Positions 11,876-21,126 of a stretch of DNA of 64,000 nucleotides are shown piece after piece (the stretch's first letter is position 1; every line of letters begins with the position of its first letter). Made by a program: the position numbers and the translations under genes. The DNA is from Alphaproteobacteria bacterium (lineage in GTDB: Bacteria > Pseudomonadota > Alphaproteobacteria > CACIAM-22H2): positions 11,369-75,368 of the forward strand of contig JAWLHE010000001.1 in NCBI GenBank assembly GCA_041690495.1, given 5' to 3'. Under the pieces are notes generated by a model. It saw nothing but the letters and a program-made list of their open reading frames with translations. It ran no database searches and was not told the DNA's origin.

Positions 11876-12502
11876 GTGGTCATCCTCGGTCTCACCGGAT
11901 CGATCGGCATGGGTAAGAGCACCGCGGCGGCCATGTTGCGCCGCCGCGGCATTCCGGTCCATGACGCCGACGCCGCGGTGCATCGCCTGATGGCAGCGGG
12001 CGGAGCCGCCGTCGAGCGGGTCGGGCGCGCCTTCCCCGGCGTGGTGCGTACCGGCGCGGTTGACCGCGCCGCGCTCGGCAAGATCGTGTTCAGCGATCAG
12101 GCGGCACTCCGGAAGCTCGAGGCGATCCTGCATCCCATGGTGCGTGCCGCCACCGGCCGGTTTCTTGCAAAAGCGGCGCGGGCACGTCGTCGCGTCGTCG
12201 TTCTCGACATTCCGCTTCTGTTCGAAGGCGGCAACGAACGACGCTGCGACGGCGTGATTGTCGTCAGCGCGCCGCAGTTCCTCCAGGCCCAGCGCGTGTT
12301 ACGGAGGCCAGGCATGACACCCGCCCGATTCGCGGCCATCCTGGCGGCGCAGCTGCCCGATCGCGAGAAGCGGCGGCGCGCCGATGCGGTGGTCACCTCC
12401 GGTCTCGGCAAGGGCCGCACCGGGCGCCAGCTCGTCCGGATCATCCGAGCCGCACGGAGCGGACGCGGCAAGGCTTGGCGGCCCGGGTATTTGCTGCGAT
12501 AG
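11876..12502 (+). CDS. coaE: dephospho-CoA kinase
   Basis: GTG start; P-loop GLTGSIGMGKST, CoaE length and order (aroE–coaE–dnaQ conserved in alphaproteobacteria). Confidence 0.9.
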   Translation: MVILGLTGSIGMGKSTAAAMLRRRGIPVHDADAAVHRLMAAGGAAVERVGRAFPGVVRTGAVDRAALGKIVFSDQAALRKLEAILHPMVRAATGRFLAKAARARRRVVVLDIPLLFEGGNERRCDGVIVVSAPQFLQAQRVLRRPGMTPARFAAILAAQLPDREKRRRADAVVTSGLGKGRTGRQLVRIIRAARSGRGKAWRPGYLLR

Positions 12503-12523
12503 GCCGAAGAGCTGCAGTGTCGC

Positions 12524-13096
12524 GTGGCGGCAGCCGAACTTTTACCGAGCTCGACCGTTCTTGTAGCCGTGTCATTGCCTCCATTCGTTTCAGAGCCGGC
12601 GATAAGCCGGCTCCTGCACCGGATCGCGGACGCGCTGCTGCTGGCGGCTGCCATCGCGTTGATATTGCTGGGGACGATGCTGATCGTTTATGCCTGCTGG
12701 GCCGTTGCCCGCCCGCTCTGGGGCGCCGAGACTCTCTCCCACGCCGTGGTCGAAGCGGTCAGCTTCATCATCATCGCCTTCGCCGTGATCGCCTTGTCGA
12801 AGTTTATCGTCGAGGAGGAGATCGAGCGGGAACGCGAGCTGGCTTCCGCCCGCGAGGCGCGGCGGTCGCTCACCAAGATGCTCACTATCGTCATTATCGC
12901 GCTGAACCTCGAGGCGCTCGTGATGGTCTTCGAGGCGAATCGCGGCGATGTCGCCACCGTGATCTATCCGACCGGACTTCTCGCCGTGGCGATTCTGGCG
13001 CTGGTGGGGCTCGGCGCGTATCAGTGGCTCAGCAACGTGGTCGAGCGGGAGAATATCGGCGAGGCGCACGAGGAAAAGCAGCGCGGCAAGAACTGA
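12524..13096 (+). CDS. hypothetical membrane protein
   Basis: 190 aa with several hydrophobic helices and a charged EEEIERERELA linker; no family recognised; inserted between coaE and dnaQ. Confidence 0.4.
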   Translation: MAAAELLPSSTVLVAVSLPPFVSEPAISRLLHRIADALLLAAAIALILLGTMLIVYACWAVARPLWGAETLSHAVVEAVSFIIIAFAVIALSKFIVEEEIERERELASAREARRSLTKMLTIVIIALNLEALVMVFEANRGDVATVIYPTGLLAVAILALVGLGAYQWLSNVVERENIGEAHEEKQRGKN

Positions 13097-13120
13097 ATTC
13101 GTTCGCGCCCATACGGCGCC

Positions 13121-13849
13121 ATGCTATATCGATCGAGCTGCGCCTGCGGAATCGCCGGGGGAGATATCTTGGCTTTGCGCGAGATCGTTCTGGATACCGA
13201 AACGACGGGCCTCGATCCCGATGCCGGGCATCGCCTCGTCGAGGTCGCCTGCGTCGAGCTCGTCAATCATCTGCCGACGGGACGGACCTTCAGGCGCTAC
13301 ATCAATCCCGAGCGCGACATGCCGCAGGATGCGTTCGCGGTACATGGGCTGAGCGAGGCGTTTCTCGCAACCCAACCTGTGTTCGCGGAAGTCGCGGCGG
13401 AATTTCTCGAGTTCGTCGGCGATGCGCAGCTGGTGATCCACAACGCAGAGTTCGATCTCAAATTCGTCAATGCCGAGCTTGCGCGGCTCGGCTTTCCTGC
13501 CATTGCGGCGCAGCGTGCGATCGACACGGTGCAGCTTGCGCGACGCAGATTTCCGGGCGCCGCGGCTTCGCTCGATGCGCTGTGCACCCGCTTCAATGTC
13601 GACAATTCGAACCGCACGCTGCATGGCGCGCTGCTCGACGCGCAGCTGCTGAGCGAAGTCTATCTCGAGCTGATCGGCGGCCGCCAGGCAACGATCGAGC
13701 TGGTGTCGGGACCGGGCGTCATCAGTGTCGCGGTGGACGAGGAGCGTCCGGTGCGCCCGCCGCGGCCGCACCAGCCCAGCGCCGACGAGCTGGCCGCGCA
13801 CGCGGCTCTGCTGCAGCAGATCAAGGGTCCGATCTGGCTCGACTCCTGA
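13121..13849 (+). CDS. dnaQ: DNA polymerase III subunit epsilon (3'-5' exonuclease)
   Basis: Exo I motif VLDTETTGLD, Exo II and III motifs (HNAEFD, HGALLDAQLL); true start may be a TTG/alternative codon near 13170. Confidence 0.9.
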   Translation: MLYRSSCACGIAGGDILALREIVLDTETTGLDPDAGHRLVEVACVELVNHLPTGRTFRRYINPERDMPQDAFAVHGLSEAFLATQPVFAEVAAEFLEFVGDAQLVIHNAEFDLKFVNAELARLGFPAIAAQRAIDTVQLARRRFPGAAASLDALCTRFNVDNSNRTLHGALLDAQLLSEVYLELIGGRQATIELVSGPGVISVAVDEERPVRPPRPHQPSADELAAHAALLQQIKGPIWLDS

Positions 13850-13859
13850 TCGGCGCGGA

Positions 13860-14348
13860 TCAGGCGGTTCCGGCGGTCGCGGTCGCGGCGGCCTGCGCCT
13901 GCTGGCGATAGAGAGCCGCGAAATCGATTGGATTGATCATCAGCGGTGGAAAACCGCCATCACGCGTCGCTTCGGCGATGATCGCGCGCGCGAACGGGAA
14001 CAGCATGCGCGGGCATTCGATCAACAGCAGAGGCCGAACCTGCTCCTGCGGTAGCGCCGGCAGGGTGAACAGCCCGGCATAGGTCAGCTCAACCACGAAA
14101 ACCGGCTCTTCGGCCGACTTCGCCTCCGCGTTCAGCACCAGCGTCACCTCGTACATGTTCTCCGCCACCGGCCGCGCGTTGACGTCGACGTTGACCTGAA
14201 CCTGCGGCGCGCGCTCGTTGCTGGCGAAGACCTGCGGCGCGCGCGGATTCTCGAACGAGAGATCCTTCACGTACTGCATGTTGACGGTAAGCGCGAGATT
14301 CGACTGCGTCGGCTGAGCCGCGGCCGTGCCGGCGGGCTGGTCGGACAT
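13860..14348 (-). CDS. secB: protein-export chaperone SecB
   Basis: ATG at 14346-14348; about 162 aa with the SecB pattern (…NMQYVKDLSFENP…LLIECPRMLFPFAR…). Confidence 0.92.
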   Translation of the reverse strand: MSDQPAGTAAAQPTQSNLALTVNMQYVKDLSFENPRAPQVFASNERAPQVQVNVDVNARPVAENMYEVTLVLNAEAKSAEEPVFVVELTYAGLFTLPALPQEQVRPLLLIECPRMLFPFARAIIAEATRDGGFPPLMINPIDFAALYRQQAQAAATATAGTA

Positions 14349-14435
14349 GAGCTGGGCTCCGTGAATGCGAGGAACGGAAACGGGGCGTGTGGTAACACGC
14401 GAGACTGAATGCCGCAATGCGCGAGGAGCGCCGTT

Positions 14436-14996
14436 TCAGAGCGGCAGCGAAGGCTGTTCGAGGCGGGGATCGATGCGGACGATCTCGCAATTCGTCACCG
14501 GCCGTCCGGTGAGACCGCGAATGAAACCCCAATGCGTCACCACCGCAACCTCGGACCAGTCGGCGAGCGCGGTTGCGACGCGGCGGAAGGCAGCGCAGCG
14601 TACGGCCAGGGCCTCCTCGGTCTCTGCGATGCCAGTGGCGATATGGTCATGCCACCAGGGGTTTTCGAGGTGATCGAAGCGATAGCGCGGGAACAGCTGC
14701 CCGAGCATCTCGGGAGCCGTGCCGATATCGCAGTGGAACGCGGCCCGCTCGCGTACCAACGGCTCGATCGTGACGTCGAGGCCGAGAGCATCGGCGATGA
14801 TCGTCGCGGTTTCGAGCGCGCGCCGATACGGGCTGGAGATCAGCCGGCGCACGCCGGCTCGGCGCAGCGCTTCAGCGGCCTGTGCCGCCTGGCGGCGCCC
14901 CTCGCTGGTCAACCGGGGGTCCGGAATGCCGGGATCGACCCGCGAAACCGAGAACGCGGCGTTAAACTCCGACTGGCCATGGCGTACGAGGATCAT
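14436..14996 (-). CDS. histidine phosphatase family protein (phosphoglycerate mutase-like)
   Basis: N-terminal RHG catalytic motif (MILVRHGQSEFN) and a later His motif (VVTHWGFIRGL). Confidence 0.8.
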   Translation of the reverse strand: MILVRHGQSEFNAAFSVSRVDPGIPDPRLTSEGRRQAAQAAEALRRAGVRRLISSPYRRALETATIIADALGLDVTIEPLVRERAAFHCDIGTAPEMLGQLFPRYRFDHLENPWWHDHIATGIAETEEALAVRCAAFRRVATALADWSEVAVVTHWGFIRGLTGRPVTNCEIVRIDPRLEQPSLPL

Positions 14997-15261
14997 CGAA
15001 CCGGCTGCTCCAGACTAACTAACACATTGATATACCGTCCCCGGCTTGAGCGGCGGGCGGTGCGTTCCTATCTATCTACAGGGATGCAGCAGGCCAAGCG
15101 CAGAACGATCTCCCTCGACCGTCAACCGGACCGGGCTCTAGACCCCGAACCCCGGGGCCGGTACCTTGGTTATATAGGGGCCGGCTGCCCCAGCAAGGGT
15201 GGCGGATTCAGCCACAGCGGAGCCGTGCCGGACCGGCGGCCCAACACGCGGGGATAAATTC

Positions 15262-15954
15262 ATGGACGGCGGTTTCGCCTTCTTCGACATCGTATTTTTC
15301 GCCATGGTAGCGGCGTTTCTGATCCTGCGCCTGCGGAGCGTGCTTGGCCGCCGGACCGGCAACGAGAATCCCGAACGCTGGACCACGCGCACGCCGAAAC
15401 CGACGGCGAACCGCGCCGAGCTGCCGGAGAATGTCTCGCGCCTGCCGGATCGCAACCGTCCGGCGGTCGACGTCAAGCCGATCGACATCGCGCCGGGTTC
15501 TCCGGTCGAGGCCGGCCTGGCCCAGATAGGGGTCGCCGATCCGACCTTCGACGCGCGGATCTTCCTCGACGGCGCGCGCCAGGCTTTCGACATGATCGTC
15601 CAGGCCTATGCGCAGGGCGATACCGCGACTCTTCGGCCGCTGCTTTCCGATGAGGTCTATGAGAATTTCGCGGCCGCAATTCATGCGCGCCAGCAGGCGC
15701 GGCACACACTCGAGACGTCCCTGATCGGCATCAAATCGGCCGAGATCAGCGAGGCAAAGATGGACGGGCGCATGGCGCTGGTCACGGTCAAGTTCGTGAC
15801 CGAGCAGATCAACGTCACCCGCGATGCCGACGGTCATGTGGTCGAGGGCGACCCACAGCACGTCGCGACCGTGACCGATGTCTGGACGTTCGCGCGCAAC
15901 ACCCGCGCGCGCGATCCCAACTGGTCGCTTGTCGCCACGTCGGACAACGCCTAG
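15262..15954 (+). CDS. Tim44-like domain protein
   Basis: ATG at 15262; N-terminal TM helix followed by a Tim44-like C-terminal domain; conserved Tim44–mltA neighbourhood of alphaproteobacteria. Confidence 0.8.
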   Translation: MDGGFAFFDIVFFAMVAAFLILRLRSVLGRRTGNENPERWTTRTPKPTANRAELPENVSRLPDRNRPAVDVKPIDIAPGSPVEAGLAQIGVADPTFDARIFLDGARQAFDMIVQAYAQGDTATLRPLLSDEVYENFAAAIHARQQARHTLETSLIGIKSAEISEAKMDGRMALVTVKFVTEQINVTRDADGHVVEGDPQHVATVTDVWTFARNTRARDPNWSLVATSDNA

Positions 15955-15975
15955 CAAACGGGTCCGGCGCGGCAG

Positions 15976-17151
15976 ATGATTCGGCGCAGCCTCGGTGCGC
16001 TCGCGCTCGCGACCCTTGCTGCACTGGCTGCCTGCGAAACCAGGCCGCCCGAGCCGCGGCTGACGCTGGTGCCGGCGGAGTTCGGCGACCTGGCCGGCTG
16101 GGGCGACGACCGCCAGGCCGAGGGGCTAGCGGCGTTCAAACGCTCCTGCGCGCGAATCGCGGTGCTGCCGGAGGACCGCATGATCGGACCGGCCGGCCAG
16201 GAGGCACCGACCACCGCGTGGCGCGCGGTCTGCGACGAGGCGCTGGACGTAGCGGACGATGACGCGGCGGCCCGTGCATTCTTCGAGCGCGCCTTCACGC
16301 CCTTCGCCGCCGGCGACAACGGCGAGGCCGAGGGGCTGTTTACCGGCTATTACGAGCCGGAACTGCACGGGTCGCGCAGGCCGGGCGGCCGCTACACCGT
16401 TCCGCTTCATGGCCGACCCGCCGATCTCGTCACCGTCGATCTCGGCCTGTTCAAGGCGGAATGGCGGGGCCAGCGCATCACCGGACGCCTCGACGGGGGC
16501 AGCCTGCGGCCCTACCCGACGCGCGCCGAGATCGCCGCCGGCGCTCTCGGAAATGCGCAATCGGAAATCGTCTGGGTCGACAACCCGGTTGACGCCTTTT
16601 TCCTGCAGGTTCAGGGATCGGGGCGAATCCTGCTCGAGGACGGCAGCGTGCTGCGCGTCGGCTATGCGGCGCAGAACGGCCATCCCTATGTTGCGATCGG
16701 TCGCGAGCTGGTGGCGCGCGGTGCGATGGCGCGCGAGCAGGTGTCGATGCAGTCGATCCGCGCTTGGCTCGCCGACAATCCCGCCGAGGCGGCAACTTTG
16801 ATGAACCTCAACCCGTCCTACGTGTTCTTTCGCGAGCTCGATGGTGACGGGCCGATCGGCAGCCAGGGGGTGGCGCTGACGCCGGGGCGCAGTCTCGCCG
16901 TCGACCGCGCGTTCCTGGCGATGGGCCTGCCGGTCTGGCTTGATGCCGAGGATCCGCTCGATCCGGCAGCACGGGTGCGCCGGCTGATGGTGGCGCAGGA
17001 CACCGGTGGTGCCATCAGGGGGCCGGTGCGCGGCGACGTATTCTGGGGGCACGGCGACGAGGCGGCCGAGCGCGCCGGCCGCATGCGCTCGCGCGGACGC
17101 TACTGGATCCTGATGCCGCGCGCGACCGCGGGCCGCGTCGCCGCGCGCTGA
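15976..17151 (+). CDS. mltA: membrane-bound lytic murein transglycosylase A
   Basis: 391 aa; lipoprotein signal (LAALAAC), MltA and 3D domain homology (…GYYEPELHGS…, QDTGGAI.G…D). Confidence 0.9.
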   Translation: MIRRSLGALALATLAALAACETRPPEPRLTLVPAEFGDLAGWGDDRQAEGLAAFKRSCARIAVLPEDRMIGPAGQEAPTTAWRAVCDEALDVADDDAAARAFFERAFTPFAAGDNGEAEGLFTGYYEPELHGSRRPGGRYTVPLHGRPADLVTVDLGLFKAEWRGQRITGRLDGGSLRPYPTRAEIAAGALGNAQSEIVWVDNPVDAFFLQVQGSGRILLEDGSVLRVGYAAQNGHPYVAIGRELVARGAMAREQVSMQSIRAWLADNPAEAATLMNLNPSYVFFRELDGDGPIGSQGVALTPGRSLAVDRAFLAMGLPVWLDAEDPLDPAARVRRLMVAQDTGGAIRGPVRGDVFWGHGDEAAERAGRMRSRGRYWILMPRATAGRVAAR

Positions 17152-17177
17152 CGCAGCGCCCCGCCGGATCGGCGATC

Positions 17178-18032
17178 TTGCGTTGCGCCGGTGCGAAGGC
17201 CATTAATACGCGCGCAACAAGGAATTCCGCTTTGGCCGAAACCGCAACCAAGCCGCGCGTCGGGCTGTTCATCACCTGCCTCGTCGACTTCTTCCGGCCG
17301 TCGGTGGGCTTCGCTGCAGTGAAGCTGCTCGAGGATGCCGGCTGCGAGGTTCACGTTCCCGAGGCGCAGACCTGCTGCGGCCAGCCCGCCTACAATTCCG
17401 GCGACCGCGCCGACACGAAGGAGCTCGCACGCCGCACGATCGCGCTGTTCGAAGGCTTCGATTACGTGGTTGTGCCGTCAGGCTCATGCGGCGGCATGCT
17501 CAGGGAGCACTATCCCGGGCTGTTCGCCGACGAACCGGACTGGGCGCACCGTGCCCAGCATCTCGCGGCGCGCACCTATGAGCTGATCTCGTTCCTCCAC
17601 GATGTGCGCGGCATGCGCGGCGTCGCTTCGCGCTATGAAGGCACCGTGACCTATCACGATTCCTGCTCGGGCCTGCGCGAGCTCGGGGTCAAGCAGCAGC
17701 CGCGCGCGCTCCTGAGTTCGGTCGAGGGGCTGAAGCTGGTCGAGCTGCCGGCCGCCGAGGTGTGCTGCGGCTTCGGCGGCACGTTCTGCGTCAAGTATCC
17801 GGAGATCTCCGACAAGATGGTCTCCGCCAAGGCGGTCGACATTGCGAGCACCGGCGCCGACACCGTGCTCGCCGGCGATCTCGGCTGCCTTATGAACATG
17901 GCCGGCAAGCTCAAACGTCAGCAGATCGAGGCGGGCGGACCCGATATCCGCGTGCGCCACGTCGCCGAAGTGCTGGCCGGCATGACCGACGAGCCGCCGA
18001 TCGCGGCGGCGAAGACGCGCGACGGCGCATGA
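17178..18032 (+). CDS. lutA: lactate utilization protein A (LutA/YkgE; Fe-S oxidoreductase, CCG domains)
   Basis: Two cysteine-rich CCG domains (TCCGQPAYNSG, DSCSGLRELG, VCCGFGGTF); start may be downstream of 17178. Confidence 0.85.
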   Translation: MRCAGAKAINTRATRNSALAETATKPRVGLFITCLVDFFRPSVGFAAVKLLEDAGCEVHVPEAQTCCGQPAYNSGDRADTKELARRTIALFEGFDYVVVPSGSCGGMLREHYPGLFADEPDWAHRAQHLAARTYELISFLHDVRGMRGVASRYEGTVTYHDSCSGLRELGVKQQPRALLSSVEGLKLVELPAAEVCCGFGGTFCVKYPEISDKMVSAKAVDIASTGADTVLAGDLGCLMNMAGKLKRQQIEAGGPDIRVRHVAEVLAGMTDEPPIAAAKTRDGA

Positions 18033-19471
18033 CGATGCAGCCGACCTCCCGGGCCTTCAAGGCCAATGCACATGACGCCCTCGCCGACGCGAAGCTGCAG
18101 CGGGCGCTGGGATTTTTCCAGTTCGGCCAGGCCGGACTCGCCGAGCGGCGGCGCCAGGCGGTCGACAGGCTGCCCGAGTTCGATGTGTTGCGCGACCGCG
18201 CCAAGGCGATCAAGGACCATACGCTGGCGCATCTCGACTGGTACCTCGAGCGTTTCGAGCGCAACTGCACGGAAGCGGGCGGGCATGTCCACTGGTGCCG
18301 CAACGCCGAGGAGGCGCGGCAGGTCGTGCTCGACATCTGCCGCAAGCTGAACGCGCGCACGGCGACAAAGGGCAAGTCGATGATCGGCGAGGAGATCGCC
18401 ATCAACGACTATCTGGCTGCGAACGGGGTCGAGCCGATCGAGACCGACCTCGGCGAATACATCGTCCAGATCCGTCACGAGATGCCCTCGCACATCATCG
18501 CGCCCGCGATCCACCTGACGCAGCATCAGGTCGAGGCCTCGTTCCGGAAGACGCACACCCAGCTCGATCCCGCGCGCCAGCTCGAGGAACCGCGCCAGCT
18601 GCTCGACGAGGCGCGCGGCATTCTCCGCCAGAAGTTCCTCGACGCCGATGTCGGCATCACCGGGGCCAATTTCCTGATCGCCGAGACCGGCACCTCGGTG
18701 ATCGTCACCAACGAGGGCAACGGCGACCTGACGCAGCTTCTGCCCAAGGCGCATATCGTGCTGGCGAGCCTCGAGAAGGTCGTGCCGACGCTTGAGGATG
18801 CCTCGACCATCCTGCGCGTGCTGGCGCGCTCGGCGACCGGCCAGGACATGTCGGTCTACACGACCTTCTCGACCGGGCCCCGTCGTGCTGGCGACCTCGA
18901 CGGCCCGGGCGAGTATCACGTGATCCTGCTCGACAACGGCCGCAGCGCCCTGCTCGGCACCGAGTTCCAGGACATCCTGCGCTGCATCCGCTGCGGCGCG
19001 TGCATGAACAACTGTCCGGTCTATGCGTCGGTCGGCGGGCATGCCTATGGCTGGGTCTACCCCGGCCCGATGGGCTCGGTGCTGACGCCGGCCCTGATCG
19101 GCGTCGAGAACGCCGGCCATCTGCCCAATGCCTCGACCTTCTGCGGACGCTGCGAGAGCGTGTGTCCGATGAAGATCCCGCTGCCGAAGATGATGCGGCA
19201 TTTCCGCGAACAGGAGTACGAGCGCAAGCTGTCGCCGCGCACGGTGCGCGCCGGGCTCGCCGTCTGGGCCTTTCTCGCGCGCCATCCGGTGCTGTACCAT
19301 TTTCTCGCCGGCAAGGCTGCCGCGCTGCTCGGGCGGCTCGGCCGGCGCAATGGCAGCTTCTACGGCCTGCCGCTGGCCGGCGGCTGGACCGCCACGCGCG
19401 AGATGCCGGCGCCGCAGGGCCGCACGTTTCAGGCGATGTGGCGCGGGCGGCAGGCAGGAAAGGTACGCTGA
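18029..19471 (+). CDS. lutB: lactate utilization protein B (LutB/YkgF; 4Fe-4S ferredoxin-type iron-sulfur protein)
   Basis: ATG at 18029 overlapping the lutA stop (ATGA); two 4Fe-4S motifs (CIRCGACMNNCP, CGRCESVCP); LutB-type N-terminal domain. Confidence 0.9.
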   Translation: MTMQPTSRAFKANAHDALADAKLQRALGFFQFGQAGLAERRRQAVDRLPEFDVLRDRAKAIKDHTLAHLDWYLERFERNCTEAGGHVHWCRNAEEARQVVLDICRKLNARTATKGKSMIGEEIAINDYLAANGVEPIETDLGEYIVQIRHEMPSHIIAPAIHLTQHQVEASFRKTHTQLDPARQLEEPRQLLDEARGILRQKFLDADVGITGANFLIAETGTSVIVTNEGNGDLTQLLPKAHIVLASLEKVVPTLEDASTILRVLARSATGQDMSVYTTFSTGPRRAGDLDGPGEYHVILLDNGRSALLGTEFQDILRCIRCGACMNNCPVYASVGGHAYGWVYPGPMGSVLTPALIGVENAGHLPNASTFCGRCESVCPMKIPLPKMMRHFREQEYERKLSPRTVRAGLAVWAFLARHPVLYHFLAGKAAALLGRLGRRNGSFYGLPLAGGWTATREMPAPQGRTFQAMWRGRQAGKVR

Positions 19472-20175
19472 TGGCGAATGCGCGCGACCAGGTTCTCGGC
19501 GGCATTCGCCGTGCTCTGCGGCGCGCAGCGCTGGATTCCGCTTCCGCCGTACCGCTCGAGCAGCGTCTGGCGCAGCCGCCGCGCGGTCCCGTTCCCGCGC
19601 GTACGCACGGCCTCGACCGCCGGCGGCTGGTCGATCTCTTCGAGAAATACGCCGTCGAGGTAAATGCGACGGTCATGCGCGTGGCCGGGCTCGACGACGT
19701 GCCCGAAGCGGTCGCGACGTTTCTTGCATCGCAGAACCTGCCGGCCGAGATTGCAATGGCGCCCGATCCGCTGCTCGACCGGATGCCGTGGGCCAGGCGA
19801 CCGCTCCTGAAAATCCGCAAGGGCCGCAGCGACGGGCGCGACGCGGTGGGGCTGTCGGCGGCGTTCACCGGCGTCGCGGAGACCGCGACCCTGATGCTCG
19901 CCTCCGGTCCGGGCAATCCGTCAACGCTCAACTTCCTGCCCGATACCCATATCGTCGTCCTGCCCGCCTCGCGCGTCGTCGGTCCTCTCGAGGATGCTTG
20001 GGCGAGGCTGCGCGCGGCGCATCCGGGTGCACCGCTGTCGGGTGCGGCCATGCCGCGCACGGTCAATCTGATCACCGGACCGTCGCGCACCGGCGATATC
20101 GAGCAGAAGATCCTGATGGGCGCGCACGGGCCGCGCCGCCTCCACATCGTGATCGTCGAGGATGAGCAAGATTGA
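19471..20175 (+). CDS. lutC: lactate utilization protein C (LutC/YkgG)
   Basis: ATG at 19471 overlapping the lutB stop (TGATG); LUD-domain length and conservation. Confidence 0.8.
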   Translation: MANARDQVLGGIRRALRRAALDSASAVPLEQRLAQPPRGPVPARTHGLDRRRLVDLFEKYAVEVNATVMRVAGLDDVPEAVATFLASQNLPAEIAMAPDPLLDRMPWARRPLLKIRKGRSDGRDAVGLSAAFTGVAETATLMLASGPGNPSTLNFLPDTHIVVLPASRVVGPLEDAWARLRAAHPGAPLSGAAMPRTVNLITGPSRTGDIEQKILMGAHGPRRLHIVIVEDEQD

Positions 20176-20725
20176 GGCCGCGGGCAGGCGCCGGCTGCCG
20201 CCCGACGATGCGAAGCTGTTTCGCGCGGCGATGCGCGATGTCGATCCGCTGCCGAAGCGCCGCGCGCCGCCTGTTTCGACCACCGATGCGCAGCCGGCGA
20301 GCCGGTCGGGGACGGAACCGGACGCGCGTGCTGCCAGGGCCGCGCCGCCGGCCCGGACCGCGCCTCCGCCACCCGCAGCAAAGCCCAATCCAGGCATCGA
20401 TCGCCGCACCGCGGAGCGGGTACGCAAGGGCGAGATCCCGATCGAGCGCCGCCTCGACCTGCACGGCATGACGCAGGATGACGCGCACGCGGCGCTGGAC
20501 CGCTTCGTCCGCCAGGCGTGGAGCGACGGCAAGCGCATGCTGCTGATCATTACCGGCAAGGGCAGTGTCAGTGCCGGCGGCGGCGTACTGCGCCGCCATG
20601 TGCCGCGCTGGCTTGCCGCCGGCGAGCATGCCGCACGCGTGCTGCGGGTCGAGACGGCGCAGGCCCGCCATGGCGGCGGCGGCGCGCTCTATGTCCTGCT
20701 GCGCCGCCGGCGCGACGAGCGATGA
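20162..20725 (+). CDS. Smr domain-containing protein
   Basis: C-terminal Smr domain (LDLHGMTQDDA…LLIITGKG); overlaps lutC by 14 bp. Confidence 0.8.
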   Translation: MSKIEAAGRRRLPPDDAKLFRAAMRDVDPLPKRRAPPVSTTDAQPASRSGTEPDARAARAAPPARTAPPPPAAKPNPGIDRRTAERVRKGEIPIERRLDLHGMTQDDAHAALDRFVRQAWSDGKRMLLIITGKGSVSAGGGVLRRHVPRWLAAGEHAARVLRVETAQARHGGGGALYVLLRRRRDER

Positions 20726-21126
20726 CCCCGTTCGGCGAGAAGCTGCGCGCGCTGCGGCGCGAGAAGGGTGTCACGCTCAAGCAGATGGCAGGCGCGCTCG
20801 AGCTCTCGCCGGCCTATCTTTCGGCGCTGGAGCACGGCCATCGCGGCCGGCCGACGCCGGCGCTGATCGTGCAGATCTGCGAGTATTTCCACCTGATATG
20901 GGACGATTACGAGGAGATGCACCGCCTGGCGCGGCTATCGCATCCGCGCGTCGTGGTGGACACCAGCGGGCTTTCGCCCGAGGCGACCGAGCTTGCCAAT
21001 CTCCTCGCCGAGCGGATCGACGCGCTGACACCGCCGGCCATCAGGACGATGCGCGACATGCTGCTGGCCGTGCGGCCCGCGGCGCCGTCGCGCGCGAGCC
21101 GCACGCGACGGCACGGTGCGGCATGA
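20722..21126 (+). CDS. XRE-family helix-turn-helix transcriptional regulator
   Basis: ATG at 20722 (ATGA overlap with the smr stop); HTH_XRE N-terminus (LRALRREKGVTLKQMAGALELSPAYLSALE). Confidence 0.7.
   Translation: MTPFGEKLRALRREKGVTLKQMAGALELSPAYLSALEHGHRGRPTPALIVQICEYFHLIWDDYEEMHRLARLSHPRVVVDTSGLSPEATELANLLAERIDALTPPAIRTMRDMLLAVRPAAPSRASRTRRHGAA

Noticed and set aside
18705-20381. 558-aa minus-strand ORF (also 17918..19300, 20907..22136, 21719..22663)
   Set aside because: Antisense to lutBC/smr/holA; extreme Arg/Ala/Pro/Ser composition
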